From: an uncultured Prevotella sp.
GTDB taxonomy: Bacteria > Bacteroidota > Bacteroidia > Bacteroidales > Bacteroidaceae
Reading direction: 5' to 3'
Assembly: GCA_944320235.1 (NCBI GenBank)
Contig: CALUGQ010000010.1
Coordinates: forward strand, 2,040 to 66,039
DNA: 64,000 nt
The translations under genes were made by a program, and so were the position numbers. Positions within the stretch are counted from its first letter, which is position 1, and each line of letters starts with the position of its first letter. Of this stretch, positions 1 to 10,847 are shown piece by piece. The notes below the pieces were generated by a model, which saw nothing but the letters and a program-made list of their open reading frames with translations, was not told the origin of the DNA and did not search any database.

Positions 1-140
1 AGGAGTTGGAACTGCAGCTCTTCCATATTTTACAGCTGTTGGAGTTGCCGTTGGAGTTGGCAGTGCAATATATGATAGCAAGATTCATAAATTACCAAAT
101 GGACACTATTTAAGATTACGCCCTGTTATAAAATGAAAAA

Positions 141-995
141 ATGATATGCATAAACAAAGCATGCTTCATAGTTTATCCTATCTCGCTGGCAGGAATATGG
201 GGAATGGCAATGGACATCTCTATTATAAAAGAAGAATCATCAATTGAAAGCACTCTGGCTTTCTATGGCATAATGCTGTATTTAACGATATTCCCAATAT
301 GGTTTTTCCGCAAAGTTCCATTGTGCATAATAGAAAAAGGCAAGGCCCTCACAATGTATTATGAGACATTCAGAAAACGAGTGATTGGCTTCAATGAGAT
401 AGTGGCATTCAACTATCCCGTCACCACAGGCAAAAGGATTACATACAACATCATCACCAAAGATAAAGAAATCATTCAGCTTGAAGATGATTATTCAAAC
501 CTTAAAAGCATCTGCTTCAAATGGAACATGGAATATAGAGGTGAAGAATACAGAAAGAGCATGGTGAGCAAGTATGCAGACAACGGTGAGCACTATTCAT
601 TTTCAACAAGATGGACTGAAGCGTGCTTTGGCCTGCAAACAATCATGCTGGTATTGCTGTTGGTGATTCCCTTTTTCAAAATAGCGACGGAAAAACCGAT
701 GAGCACAGCCGCTTTCATATTGGCAGTAATGCTGGCCGGCGGTGTGTACCTTTGGCTTTATACGCTGACATCTTTCAGCGTAAAAGCCGGCACGTTCATT
801 GCCAGAAACCATTTCACAAAAAACAACAACCTTGCCATAGAACTTTCACGTGTGGCTTGGATACATCTTGGGCGTTACCGGATTAACATCATGATGGCAG
901 ACGGCAAAGCGCATGGCATAAGCCATAAGTTGTCGTCATCGCAGATTGAAGATTTCAAAAGAAAGCTGCAAGGACTGGGCATCACCTGCCTGTAA
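141..995 (+). CDS. Hypothetical membrane protein (two units of 2 TM helices plus a soluble, possibly PH-like domain)
   Basis: 284-aa ORF, AT-rich relative to neighbours; two hydrophobic helix pairs each followed by a ~70-aa soluble segment. Confidence 0.65.
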   Translation: MICINKACFIVYPISLAGIWGMAMDISIIKEESSIESTLAFYGIMLYLTIFPIWFFRKVPLCIIEKGKALTMYYETFRKRVIGFNEIVAFNYPVTTGKRITYNIITKDKEIIQLEDDYSNLKSICFKWNMEYRGEEYRKSMVSKYADNGEHYSFSTRWTEACFGLQTIMLVLLLVIPFFKIATEKPMSTAAFILAVMLAGGVYLWLYTLTSFSVKAGTFIARNHFTKNNNLAIELSRVAWIHLGRYRINIMMADGKAHGISHKLSSSQIEDFKRKLQGLGITCL

Positions 996-1142
996 AGCCA
1001 AATCGCATCAAGCTCATGGCCATGGCAAGTGATGCCGCCACGGACTTGATGCGATTTTGCGTTAACAATTTAATGTCAATGCCCCGCCTCGGTGCTTCGC
1101 CCCGTAACACCCTGGCACAGAACACCTTGTGCAATGATGCGT

Positions 1143-1230
1143 TTCCGCGATGCGAAATGGGCCGTTTGGGGTTGCAAAACGGCCCATTTCGCATCGTCAT
1201 CCGTGCCGTTTTGCCATTCCGCCCGGCCAT
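1143..1230. repeat. 22-bp-periodic quasi-palindromic intergenic array
   Basis: Units ttccgcgatgcgaaatgggccg / tttggggttgcaaaacggccca / tttcgcatcgtcatccgtgccg. Confidence 0.7.
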
Positions 1231-1650
1231 GGCGCGGAATGGCCCGGGGCGTCAGCCTTTTGATTGCAGCATTTCAACCATGCAAAGCGAAGCAGACCGA
1301 AATGGAAGCCACTATCTTCATGGAGAAGCAGGCTGCCTGTTGGTACAGCAACCTATTGCTTGGGAACATCGCGGACACAACAAGAGCTTTCACAACAAAC
1401 GGCCTGAAGCAACAAAACTTACATGATTTCGTATATAGATAACCTCACAAATGCGGGCGGCCATGATGACCGCCCGCTTTATTTGCATCCTTCAATAAAT
1501 TGTACACCCTAAAAACTTGCAACCGCTTTCCCAAAACATTATCTTTGCATAAGATAAGCTGCGCCCGGGAATCAGTTAGCAAGCTCGCTTTCCACTTGCC
1601 TGCATTATCTTTGCAGGGAGACAAGCACAAGCCTACATTGCCCGCCGATG

Positions 1651-2724
1651 TCACTCCGGCTGCTCGGCGTCGAGTTTGTCTATGGCGCCGGTGGCGGGGT
1701 TGAGCGTAAGGTGGGTGGTGTAACGCTTGTTGAAGAGCTCGCCGCTGAGCAGCTCGGTGTAGCCATACTGCGCCGCCGAGGTGTCGAAACTGTCGAGCAC
1801 GGCAGAGCCTTTGTATATGGTGACGGAAATTTTGCCGGGTATGTTGACGTAGATGCCGTCCTCCTTGTCTTTCTTCTTCTTTCCCCCCTCGGCCTCGGGC
1901 GCGGCTGCCGGCAGGTTCTTCTCGTCGGTGACGCTGATGTAGTAAGGCTCGCCCGCGAGGTCGTCGGCATCGACAAGGCCCAGCTTCTGCGACAGGCGGA
2001 AGAGCACCTGCTTCCCCATGCCGGGCTGCGGGCATACGGTGAGCACGTACTCAGCGGTGTCTCTGACCGTAGTGCCGGTAAAGAGCTGCGTCAAAGCACG
2101 ATCCTGACGATCGAGGTTGGCCAGCATTATGCGCAGCTGCTCGCCGTCCTTGGGCATATAGTCGGCCTCGCCGCGGTTGAGGTAGTTCTTGCTGTCGCGT
2201 ATGTCGTATATGTCCTGCGCCGTGAGTTCGGCCATCTTTGCCGCGCTCCCGGCGGCGAGCACCTCCTCGCTGAGGTACTGGCGCGGGTTGGCAGCGGCAG
2301 GCCTGGGCGCGGCCCTGAACGGCTCGGGATGCTCCGCCTTGCGCGGCGTGGCGTTGACGGCGAGCAGGGTGCCGTCGCCGGCCAGCGCGATGTTGCACGC
2401 AGAAGTCTTGGCGTTGAATTTCACGGCGTAGCCCTTGGCCTTGTCGGCCTCGCCGAAGGTGGTCATCGACAGGCCTATGAGCCTGTGTGTGACTGACGGC
2501 TCGGCCTTGACATCGTTCAGCCGGAGGTAGCGCTGGGCGTAACGGCAGAAGTCGCCCGGGGTGTAACTGGTCTTCTCGACGCGCACCACGAAGCGCAACA
2601 CCGTCTTGGGGAGGAAGTAAACGGCCCCCTCGGGCGTGACGCCCGGCCTGTAAACGCTTGTCTCTGTCTGGGCTGCCGCTCCGCTGCAGAGCGCGAGCAA
2701 GCAGGCAATCAATGTCTTTCTCAT
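1651..2724 (-). CDS. DUF4831-like exported protein
   Basis: Signal peptide followed by GAVYFLPKT and MAELTAQDIYDIRDS motifs typical of this Bacteroidales family, which is usually next to nnr. Confidence 0.7.
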   Translation of the reverse strand: MRKTLIACLLALCSGAAAQTETSVYRPGVTPEGAVYFLPKTVLRFVVRVEKTSYTPGDFCRYAQRYLRLNDVKAEPSVTHRLIGLSMTTFGEADKAKGYAVKFNAKTSACNIALAGDGTLLAVNATPRKAEHPEPFRAAPRPAAANPRQYLSEEVLAAGSAAKMAELTAQDIYDIRDSKNYLNRGEADYMPKDGEQLRIMLANLDRQDRALTQLFTGTTVRDTAEYVLTVCPQPGMGKQVLFRLSQKLGLVDADDLAGEPYYISVTDEKNLPAAAPEAEGGKKKKDKEDGIYVNIPGKISVTIYKGSAVLDSFDTSAAQYGYTELLSGELFNKRYTTHLTLNPATGAIDKLDAEQPE

Positions 2725-2754
2725 AATGTATGTGGTGTTTCTTTATGCTTAACG

Positions 2755-4266
2755 CTATTCTTGTAGTTTCCTGAAAGCCTGCGGCAGGTACCTCACTATA
2801 TCGCCGGCCACAAGGCTCTCGCGCCCGAGGTCGGCCGCCGCAAGGTCGCCGGCAAGGCCATGGATGTACATCCCGGCCACGCAGGCGCCTGCCTGCCCGT
2901 AGCCGCGGGCCAGCAGCGCTGCTATGACGCCGGTGAGCACGTCGCCACTGCCGGCCGTGGCCATGCCCGCATTGCCCGTGGGGTTGAAGGCCACGTGGCC
3001 GTCGGGCAGGCATAGGGCTGAGTAATGCCCCTTTATGATGATGTAGGCGCCGAGGCGCGCGGCCATGTCGCTGGCTTTGACAAGGCGCTCGTAGCTGTCG
3101 GCACAGTGGCCTGCCATGCGGTCGAACTCCTTTGGATGGGGCGTCATCACTATGCCCCTGGGCAGCTGCTGCAGCCATGCACGGTGGTTGGCGAGGATGT
3201 TCAGCGCGTCGGCGTCGGCCACGATGGGGCACTGGGTGCGCCTGAGCTGGGCTATGAGCGCTATGGCCGTGGCCTCCTCCAAGCCGAGGCCGGGGCCTAT
3301 GGCCAGCGCGGTGAAGCGCTCGGTGTCTACGGCCTCCGAGAAGAAAGTCTCCTCCGGGTCGAGCTGCACCACCGCCTCTGGCACCGCCACCTGCACTGCA
3401 AGGTTGTTGCACCGGGGCGTGTGCACCGTTACCTTGCCCACACCCGAGCGCAGGCAGGCACGGGCGGCAAGCACCGAGGCGCCCGCCATGCCGCAGCTGC
3501 CGGCCACGAGCAGGGCGCTGCCCATGCTGCCCTTGTGGGCAAAATCATCGCGCCCCTTGACCAGGGAACGCACCTCGGCCTCCTCCACAACACGGTAGCG
3601 GGCGTCGGAAGAGGCAATGCCTTCTGCGCTTATGCCTATGTCGAGCGTCTTGAACCGGCCCACGTACTGCTGGTTCTCCGCAAAGAGGAACGACAGCTTT
3701 GGCTGCTGGAGCGTAAGGGTGAGGTCGGCGCGTATGGTGTTGGCGCGTACATTGTATGTGTTGTCCTCGCCCATCAGCCCCGAAGGCACGTCGATGCTGA
3801 CCACCGTGGCAGGCGAAGCGTTGATATATTTCACCAAAGAGGCAAAGCCCCCGGCCAGGGGCTTGTTCAGCCCCGAGCCGAAAAGCCCGTCGACGACCAG
3901 CGTGCCGGCTTCAAGCTGCGGCGGGTCGAACTCTTGCGTCACCTCCACGAACTGCACGCCGCCCAAGGCGGCAAGCCGCTCCTTGTTGGTTGCACAATCG
4001 GCGGAGAGACGGCCGGTGGTGTTGAACAGGAAAGCCGAAACGGAATAGCCCCTGCCACTCAGCAGCCGGGCCACGGCCAGCGCGTCGCCGCCATTGTTGC
4101 CCGGGCCGGCAAACACAACCACGGGCGTGGCAGCCCCCCATTCGCCGGCTATCGAGCGCGCTATGGCCTCAGCCGCGCGCTCCATCAAGTCAATGGAGGA
4201 TATCGGCTCGTGTTCTATCGTATACTTGTCCAACTCATGAATCTGAGCGCTTGTGAAAATCTTCAT
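2755..4266 (-). CDS. nnr: Bifunctional NAD(P)H-hydrate epimerase/dehydratase
   Basis: YjeF_N motif GPGNNGGD, plus AHKG, DADALN, TPHPKEF and ATAGSGDVL motifs. Confidence 0.95.
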   Translation of the reverse strand: MKIFTSAQIHELDKYTIEHEPISSIDLMERAAEAIARSIAGEWGAATPVVVFAGPGNNGGDALAVARLLSGRGYSVSAFLFNTTGRLSADCATNKERLAALGGVQFVEVTQEFDPPQLEAGTLVVDGLFGSGLNKPLAGGFASLVKYINASPATVVSIDVPSGLMGEDNTYNVRANTIRADLTLTLQQPKLSFLFAENQQYVGRFKTLDIGISAEGIASSDARYRVVEEAEVRSLVKGRDDFAHKGSMGSALLVAGSCGMAGASVLAARACLRSGVGKVTVHTPRCNNLAVQVAVPEAVVQLDPEETFFSEAVDTERFTALAIGPGLGLEEATAIALIAQLRRTQCPIVADADALNILANHRAWLQQLPRGIVMTPHPKEFDRMAGHCADSYERLVKASDMAARLGAYIIIKGHYSALCLPDGHVAFNPTGNAGMATAGSGDVLTGVIAALLARGYGQAGACVAGMYIHGLAGDLAAADLGRESLVAGDIVRYLPQAFRKLQE

Positions 4267-4355
4267 ACGTGCAAAAATACAAAATTAATGCTAACCGCTG
4301 GTTATACTTTGGATGATTTTTAGTAATTTTGCCCCAAAATTTCTAAAAAGCAAGC

Positions 4356-4895
4356 ATGGGCGTAGTCAAAATCAAAGACAAATCGTTTGAGACTTCAATC
4401 ACCGAGGCCGAGATAAAACAGCGCGTGAAAGCCGTGGCCGAACAGATAAACCACGACATGGCGGGCAAGAACCCGCTGCTGCTGGCAGTGCTCAACGGCG
4501 CGTTCGTGTTCGCAGCCGACCTCATGCGCGAACTTACCATCCCCTGCGAGATATCATTCGTGAAGCTGGCTTCATACCAGGGAGTGACCTCGAGCGGCAC
4601 GGTGAAAGAGGTAATCGGCATCAACGAGAACCTGGCCGGTCGCACAATAATCATTGTAGAGGACATCGTTGAAAGCGGACTGACAATGAAGAGGATGATA
4701 GAGAGCATCGGAACGCGCAACCCGGCCTCCGTACACATCTGCACATTGCTGCTGAAACCCGACCGCCTGCAGGTGCCGCTCGACATTGAATACGTGGCAT
4801 TCAGCATCCCGAACGACTTCATCCTGGGCTACGGGCTTGACTACGACCAGCAGGGAAGGCAGCTGAGAGACATCTACACACTCAAGGAGGGGTGA
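4356..4895 (+). CDS. hpt: Hypoxanthine phosphoribosyltransferase
   Basis: VLNGAFVFAADL, IIIVEDIVESG PRPP-binding loop, FILGYGLDY. Confidence 0.95.
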   Translation: MGVVKIKDKSFETSITEAEIKQRVKAVAEQINHDMAGKNPLLLAVLNGAFVFAADLMRELTIPCEISFVKLASYQGVTSSGTVKEVIGINENLAGRTIIIVEDIVESGLTMKRMIESIGTRNPASVHICTLLLKPDRLQVPLDIEYVAFSIPNDFILGYGLDYDQQGRQLRDIYTLKEG

Positions 4896-4984
4896 GCCAC
4901 TGCCACGGCGGGACGCCCCCGGGACGGGCCAAACACAGACAACACAGAACCAATCAGATACAAGACAAACATAACAGACTTACG

Positions 4985-5557
4985 ATGAAGAATATTGTGA
5001 TATTCGGTGCGCCGGGCTCCGGCAAGGGAACACAGAGCGACCTGCTCATAAAGAAATATGGTTTCGGACACATCTCGACCGGCGACGTGCTGCGCGGCGA
5101 GATCAAGAAAGGCACCGAGCTTGGCAAGACGGCCAAAGGCTACATCGACAACGGCCAGCTGATACCCGACGAACTGATGGTCAGCATACTCGCCAGCGTA
5201 TACGACAGCTTCGGGGCCGACCACGCAGGTGTCATCTTCGACGGCTTCCCACGCACCATAGCCCAGGCCGAGGCTCTCAAGGCCATGCTAGCAGAGCGCA
5301 GCCACAACGTGGCAGCCATGATTGAGCTCGACGTTCCCGAGGACGAGCTCATGAGCCGCCTCATAAAGCGCGGGCAGGAAAGCGGGCGCTCCGACGACAA
5401 CGAGGAGACAATAAAGAAACGCCTCGACGTTTACCACAACCAGACAGCACCGCTCATAGAGTGGTACGAGAAAGAAGGAATACACAACCACATCAACGGC
5501 CTCGGTGAGCTCGACAGGATTTTCAGCGACATCTGCAAGGTCATTGACAACATATAA
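4985..5557 (+). CDS. adk: Adenylate kinase
   Basis: [11 protein letters not shown]-loop, HISTGD, FDGFPRT, RSDDNEE; start moved to ATG 4985. Confidence 0.97.
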   Translation: MKNIVIFGAPGSGKGTQSDLLIKKYGFGHISTGDVLRGEIKKGTELGKTAKGYIDNGQLIPDELMVSILASVYDSFGADHAGVIFDGFPRTIAQAEALKAMLAERSHNVAAMIELDVPEDELMSRLIKRGQESGRSDDNEETIKKRLDVYHNQTAPLIEWYEKEGIHNHINGLGELDRIFSDICKVIDNI

Positions 5558-5565
5558 CACAGCCG

Positions 5566-6759
5566 ATGGCAGCATCCAACTTTGTTGACTACGTGAAGAT
5601 ATACTGCCGCTCAGGCAAGGGCGGCAGGGGGTCGATGCACCTGCGGCGCGCCAAGTACAACCCCAACGGAGGACCCGACGGAGGCGACGGAGGGCGCGGC
5701 GGCAACGTATACCTGCGCGGCAACCATAACTACTGGACGCTGCTCCACCTGCGCTACGAGCGCCACATACGGGCCGGGCACGGAGGGAACGGAGGACGCG
5801 ACAAGTGCCACGGAACCGACGGCAAGGACGTTTACATCGACGTGCCGTGCGGAACGGTGGCCTACAACGCCGAGACGGGCAAGTACATCTGCGACGTAGC
5901 ACGCGACGGGCAGGTGGTAATGCTCCTCAAGGGCGGCCGGGGCGGGCTGGGCAACTACCAGTTCCGCACCGCCACAAACCAGGCGCCGCGCTTCGCACAG
6001 CCCGGCGAGCCGATGCAGGAGATGACCGTCATACTCGAGTTGAAACTGCTTGCCGACGTAGGTCTCGTAGGATTCCCAAACGCTGGCAAGTCAACGCTGC
6101 TCTCGTCGCTGTCGAGCGCAAGGCCGAAGATAGCCAACTATCCCTTCACAACGCTCGAGCCCTCGCTCGGAATCGTGGAATACCGCGACCACAAGTCGTT
6201 CGTCATGGCCGACATCCCCGGCATCATAGAGGGAGCAAGCCAGGGCCGGGGACTGGGGCTGCGCTTCCTGCGCCACATCGAGCGCAACTCGCTGCTGCTC
6301 TTCATGGTGCCGGGCGACACGGACGACATAAAGCGCGAGTACGAGGTGCTGCTCGGCGAGCTGCGCAACTTCAACCCCGAGATGCTCGACAAGCACCGCG
6401 TGCTGGCCGTGACAAAGTCTGACCTGCTTGACGACGAGCTGATAGAGATGCTCCGCGAGACCGTGCCGACAGACATTCCCGTGGTGTTCATATCCGCCGT
6501 TGCCCGCCAAGGGCTCGACGAACTGAAAGACATCCTCTGGCGAGAGCTCAACAGCGAGAGCAACAAGCTCAAGGAAATAACCGCCGAGGAGACCCTCGTG
6601 CACCGCGACAAGGACATGAGCGTGTTCGCCGCTGAGCTGGCTGCCGAGGGCGAAGACCTCGACGAGGGATTTGAAGCCGATGCCGACGAGGTAGACGTGG
6701 ACGACCTCGAGGACTTCGACGACTTTGAATACGAAGACGAGGAGGATGCCAATGGCTGA
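5566..6759 (+). CDS. obgE: GTPase Obg
   Basis: Gly-rich Obg fold, [18 protein letters not shown], acidic C-terminal tail. Confidence 0.97.
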   Translation: MAASNFVDYVKIYCRSGKGGRGSMHLRRAKYNPNGGPDGGDGGRGGNVYLRGNHNYWTLLHLRYERHIRAGHGGNGGRDKCHGTDGKDVYIDVPCGTVAYNAETGKYICDVARDGQVVMLLKGGRGGLGNYQFRTATNQAPRFAQPGEPMQEMTVILELKLLADVGLVGFPNAGKSTLLSSLSSARPKIANYPFTTLEPSLGIVEYRDHKSFVMADIPGIIEGASQGRGLGLRFLRHIERNSLLLFMVPGDTDDIKREYEVLLGELRNFNPEMLDKHRVLAVTKSDLLDDELIEMLRETVPTDIPVVFISAVARQGLDELKDILWRELNSESNKLKEITAEETLVHRDKDMSVFAAELAAEGEDLDEGFEADADEVDVDDLEDFDDFEYEDEEDANG

Positions 6760-7537
6760 ACCGGTGCTCCGCTACCACGGCATCACCCCGGGTGTGGTCG
6801 CCTTCAGCACCACCCGCCACGGGGGCTACAGCCGTGGCAACTACGCCGAGTTCAACATCAACCAGCATTGCGGGGATGCCCCTGAGGACACGCAAAGGAA
6901 CCTTTGCCTGCTGTGCCGCAAGCTAAACATCAAGCCCGGGCGGCTGGTAATGCCCCACCAGACACACGGAACCGAGGTGAGGCAAATAGCTGAAGAGTTC
7001 TTCAGCCTGCCGCAACCGACACGCCGCCTCCTGCTCGAAGGCGTGGACGCCGTGATGACCGACGTGCAGGAAACGTGCATAGGCGTTTCAACAGCCGACT
7101 GCATACCCATCCTTCTTTATGACACTGACCACCGCGCCGCCTGCGCCGTGCACGCCGGGTGGCGCGGCACGGTGGGGCGCATTGCCCGCAAGGCCGTGGC
7201 AGCCATGCAGGCCGCCTACTCCACCCGGCCGCAATCACTCCGCGCCGTCATCGGGCCGGGCATATCGGCAGATGCTTTCGAGGTAGGCGACGAAGTATAC
7301 GCGAAGTTCGCACAGGCCGGCTTCGACATGGGGCGCATCAGCCGCCGCACCGGCAAATGGCACATCGACCTATGGGAATGCAACCGCCTCGAGCTTGTCG
7401 AGGCTGGCCTTCCCCCTGCCGCAATCAGCGTCACAGGCCCCTGCACATACTCACACGCCGACGAATATTTCTCCGCGCGACGCTTCGGTACGGCCTCCGG
7501 GAGGATATTCACCGGGATAATAATAAGAAACAGCTAA
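6752..7537 (+). CDS. pgeF: Peptidoglycan editing factor / YfiH laccase-domain protein
   Basis: [31 protein letters not shown] motifs; ATG 6752 overlaps the obgE end. Confidence 0.92.
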   Translation: MAEPVLRYHGITPGVVAFSTTRHGGYSRGNYAEFNINQHCGDAPEDTQRNLCLLCRKLNIKPGRLVMPHQTHGTEVRQIAEEFFSLPQPTRRLLLEGVDAVMTDVQETCIGVSTADCIPILLYDTDHRAACAVHAGWRGTVGRIARKAVAAMQAAYSTRPQSLRAVIGPGISADAFEVGDEVYAKFAQAGFDMGRISRRTGKWHIDLWECNRLELVEAGLPPAAISVTGPCTYSHADEYFSARRFGTASGRIFTGIIIRNS

Positions 7538-7542
7538 AGCCC

Positions 7543-8739
7543 ATGACTCTAAGAATCCACAGCACACTTACCGTAAAGCCTTTCCTTGCCGCCGCCATAG
7601 CCATAATAACGCTCACGTCGGCCACGAAAGACCAGTTTACGCCGCCCGAGCAGCAGCAGATAAGCATCGAAACGCCGGGGCTGTTCGACCGCTCCGACGC
7701 TTTCACTGTCGACTTCGCCGCCATTCGCCCGGCAGACTACAGTTTCCCGCTGCCCGTGGGCAAAGCGAGGCTGCTCAAGGACAACACCCTCGAAATCTCC
7801 ACGGCAAAGGGCGATGCCGTCAAGGCGATGTTCGGCGGCACGGTGCGACTATCGAGACACATCCCCGGCCACGGCAATGTCATCGTGGTGCGCCACGCCA
7901 ACGGGCTCGAAACCGTTTATGCACGCAACGCCCAGAACCTCGCCAAGGTCGGCGACGTGGTGAAAGCCGGGCAGACCATAGCCATCGTCGGGGGCAAGGA
8001 GGGGCGCACGTTCTGCTCGTTCGCCATCATGGTCAACGGCGGGCGCATCAACCCCGCGACCCTGCTGAACCCTGAGAGCCACAGGCTCCTGCGCCAGACC
8101 ATACTGTGCAAGAAAGTGCCTGGCCACGTAAGCCTCACCATAACCCACCCCGACAAGGAGCAACTGGCGCAGGCCGAGGCTGAGAAGCGCAGGCAGCAGG
8201 CAAAGGAATTCACCGCCAACCCCTTTGCCGACGGCAACAAGTTCAGCATAAATTTCGCCGAACTGGCCCCCGGCCAGTGGTGCTACCCCCTGCCCGGGGC
8301 GAAGGTGATAAGCCGCTACGGCCGCCGCAGCGGCAGGATGCACAGCGGGGTTGACCTCAAGACCAAGCCCAACGACGAGATACTGGCCGCCTTCGACGGC
8401 GTGGTAACAATGTCGCAACGCTACTATGCCTACGGCAACTACATCAAGATACGCCACGCCAACGGACTGGAGACCTGCTACAGCCACAACTCCAAGAACC
8501 TCGTGAAGAAAGGCGACGTGGTAAAGGCTGGGCAGGTGATAGCCCTCACGGGGCGCACCGGGCGCGCCTCCACCGAGCACCTGCACTTTGAATGCCGGGT
8601 GAACGGGCAGACATTCGACCCCGCCAAGATATTCGACCACGCAAACCAGGCAGTGAAGATGGACCGGCTCACGTTCACCAAGCGCGGGCGCAGCGTATCC
8701 ATCAAGGCCGAAAAGAACTACATGGCCAAGGGGAAATGA
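7543..8739 (+). CDS. M23 family peptidase with two tandem M23 domains (first degenerate)
   Basis: Domain 2 has HSGVD and HLHFE; domain 1 keeps RHANGLETVY but lacks the Zn ligands; ATG 7543. Confidence 0.85.
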   Translation: MTLRIHSTLTVKPFLAAAIAIITLTSATKDQFTPPEQQQISIETPGLFDRSDAFTVDFAAIRPADYSFPLPVGKARLLKDNTLEISTAKGDAVKAMFGGTVRLSRHIPGHGNVIVVRHANGLETVYARNAQNLAKVGDVVKAGQTIAIVGGKEGRTFCSFAIMVNGGRINPATLLNPESHRLLRQTILCKKVPGHVSLTITHPDKEQLAQAEAEKRRQQAKEFTANPFADGNKFSINFAELAPGQWCYPLPGAKVISRYGRRSGRMHSGVDLKTKPNDEILAAFDGVVTMSQRYYAYGNYIKIRHANGLETCYSHNSKNLVKKGDVVKAGQVIALTGRTGRASTEHLHFECRVNGQTFDPAKIFDHANQAVKMDRLTFTKRGRSVSIKAEKNYMAKGK

Positions 8740-8872
8740 CCCCAGCGCAGGCCCGCTTGCCGCCATGCCCCGGCAAGGCAAGGCCATGGCGTAAGGATAT
8801 TTCGCAAGCGGCCATGAAGCCGCGCCATTTACGGTAACATACTGACAGTCAGCCACTGCCGAGGCGTGGCTC

Positions 8873-8966
8873 ATGGCGATGCCGAAACTGGCTGTTCCGC
8901 AGTGCGGAACAGCCAGTTTCGGCATACGAAAGAGGCCGTCCCGCAACGCCGGACGGCCTCTTTCGT
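8873..8966. repeat. 22-bp-periodic array forming two perfect hairpins between convergent genes
   Basis: Perfect 23-bp arms at 8879-8925 (1-nt centre) and 16-bp arms at 8926-8966. Confidence 0.85.
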
Positions 8967-9012
8967 GCCGCAATCCCCATTGTGTAAAACAAAATTCCCG
9001 CCCGCGCCGCCG

Positions 9013-10680
9013 TCAGCCGAGGTGCAGCACCTGGTCACAGTAGTCCATCACGGCGGGGCGGTGGGTGATGAACACTACCGTCTTGTCACGCCCGCTGAGT
9101 ATGTTTTTCAGCAGCCTGCGCTCGGTCTCGGGGTCGAGTGCGCTCGTGGCCTCGTCGAAGAGCATCACGCTGCGGCCGCGCAGCAGGGCGCGGGCTATGG
9201 CTATGCGCTGCGCCTGGCCCTCGCTAAGGCCGCCGCCACCCTCGGCTATCCGGGTGTCAAGCCCCTCGGGCAAGTCGCCGATGAAGTCGGCGCAGGCAGT
9301 GGCGAGCGCGTCGAGCATGGCCCGCTCGGTGGCCGCTGGGTCGGCCAGCAGCAGGTTCTGGCGTATGGTTCCGCTCAGCAGGGTGTTACCCTGCGGCACA
9401 TATACAAAGTTGCAGCGGCTGGCAGGCGACACTTCGCGGCTCCCGTCGGCGTTGTAAAGCTCTATGCGGCCCTCGGTGGGGCGCACGAGCGCCAGCATGA
9501 GTCGCACGAGCGTTGTCTTGCCCGCCCCCGTCTCGCCGAGTATGGCGGTGCAGGTGCCGGGGCGGAAGTCGAACGACAGGCGGTCTATCACGTTCTCCCT
9601 GCCGTCGCCGTAAGCATAGCTCACGCCGCTCAGGCGCACGCCGCAGGGTGCCTTCACAGGCTCACCGCCCCCGGTTTCCTCCTGCGGCGTGTCCTCAAGC
9701 TCCATGAGCCGCTCGGCGGCGGTGAACACGGCGACGAACGCCGGGGCCAGCTTCGTGAGGTCGCGGGCTGGCGACTGTATGCGGTATACGAGCTGCAGGA
9801 AGGCCGTCATGCCTCCGAACGTGAGCGTGCCTTGCTGCAACCGGAGCGCGCTCCAGAGGAAAGCCACGAGGTAGCCCACGGAGAAGCCCGAGTTGAGCAG
9901 CAGGTTCGACATGACGGAGAACACCGTGCGGCGGCGCACGTGGCGGCGAAGCACGCCCTGCGTGGAGTCGAGGCGGCTCACCATCAGGCTGTCGCACTCA
10001 AGCGTCTTTATCACCATGCGGTGCTGCACCGTCTCTTGCAGCAGGCTCTGCACGCGGCTGTCGCTGCGGCGCACGCGGCGGGTGAACTTGCGCATCCGCG
10101 CCACGTAGAAGCGGCTCCCGGCCATGAAGAGCGGCAGCATTGCCACTGTGATGACGGCCAGCACCACGTCCATGCTCAGCAGGTAGCAGAAGGCGCCGGC
10201 GAACATGGCCGCCACGGAGAGTGCACCCGGCAGCGTCTCTGTGACGAATGTGACCACCGTGGCCACGTCTTGCTCCAGCCTGTTGATTACGTCGCCGCTG
10301 TGGTAGCGCTCCTTCCCGCTCCACTCGGAGCGCAGCAGGCGGTCAACCATGCGCTGCTGCAACCGGTTCTGGGCCTTGATGCCGAGGATGTTCCTTATCC
10401 AAACGCGGCTCACGCCGAGGCCGAAATCGCAGGCGATGAAGAGCGCCATGAGCCCCACCGCACAGTAAAGCGAGCCGGGGCGCGCCCCGGCAGCTATGTC
10501 AACAGCCCGCTGCACGGCCCACACCGAGGCCAGGCTCACGCCCACCCCGGCCAGCCCAACGGCCGCATTGAGCACAGCCTGCAGGCGGTTGCCCTTGAGG
10601 GCTCGCCACAGCCAGCGCACTATCTCGGCCACGCCGTAGCGCGACTTCTGCAATCTCAGTACGTTGCGGATTCTTCCCAT
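9013..10680 (-). CDS. ABC transporter, fused permease/ATPase
   Basis: Six TM helices, GETGAGKT Walker A, LSEGQ signature, FDEAT Walker B; start MGRIRN at 10680. Confidence 0.9.
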   Translation of the reverse strand: MGRIRNVLRLQKSRYGVAEIVRWLWRALKGNRLQAVLNAAVGLAGVGVSLASVWAVQRAVDIAAGARPGSLYCAVGLMALFIACDFGLGVSRVWIRNILGIKAQNRLQQRMVDRLLRSEWSGKERYHSGDVINRLEQDVATVVTFVTETLPGALSVAAMFAGAFCYLLSMDVVLAVITVAMLPLFMAGSRFYVARMRKFTRRVRRSDSRVQSLLQETVQHRMVIKTLECDSLMVSRLDSTQGVLRRHVRRRTVFSVMSNLLLNSGFSVGYLVAFLWSALRLQQGTLTFGGMTAFLQLVYRIQSPARDLTKLAPAFVAVFTAAERLMELEDTPQEETGGGEPVKAPCGVRLSGVSYAYGDGRENVIDRLSFDFRPGTCTAILGETGAGKTTLVRLMLALVRPTEGRIELYNADGSREVSPASRCNFVYVPQGNTLLSGTIRQNLLLADPAATERAMLDALATACADFIGDLPEGLDTRIAEGGGGLSEGQAQRIAIARALLRGRSVMLFDEATSALDPETERRLLKNILSGRDKTVVFITHRPAVMDYCDQVLHLG

Positions 10681-10722
10681 TGGCTTTATATTCTGAGGAG
10701 AAATGAGAGTTATGGGAGTAAT

Positions 10723-10790
10723 GGGAGCGCCGTGAAGCCCGAGGGGAGCGCTGGGAAGCCCGAGGGGAACGCCGGGAAGCCCGAGGGAAC
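10723..10790. repeat. 21-bp tandem repeat x3
   Basis: gggagcgccgtgaagcccgag / gggagcgctgggaagcccgag / gggaacgccgggaagcccgag. Confidence 0.85.
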
Positions 10791-10847
10791 CTATGGCCAC
10801 GTGAATGGCGCAGCCTTAATTCCTAATTCCAAACTCCCAATTCCAAA

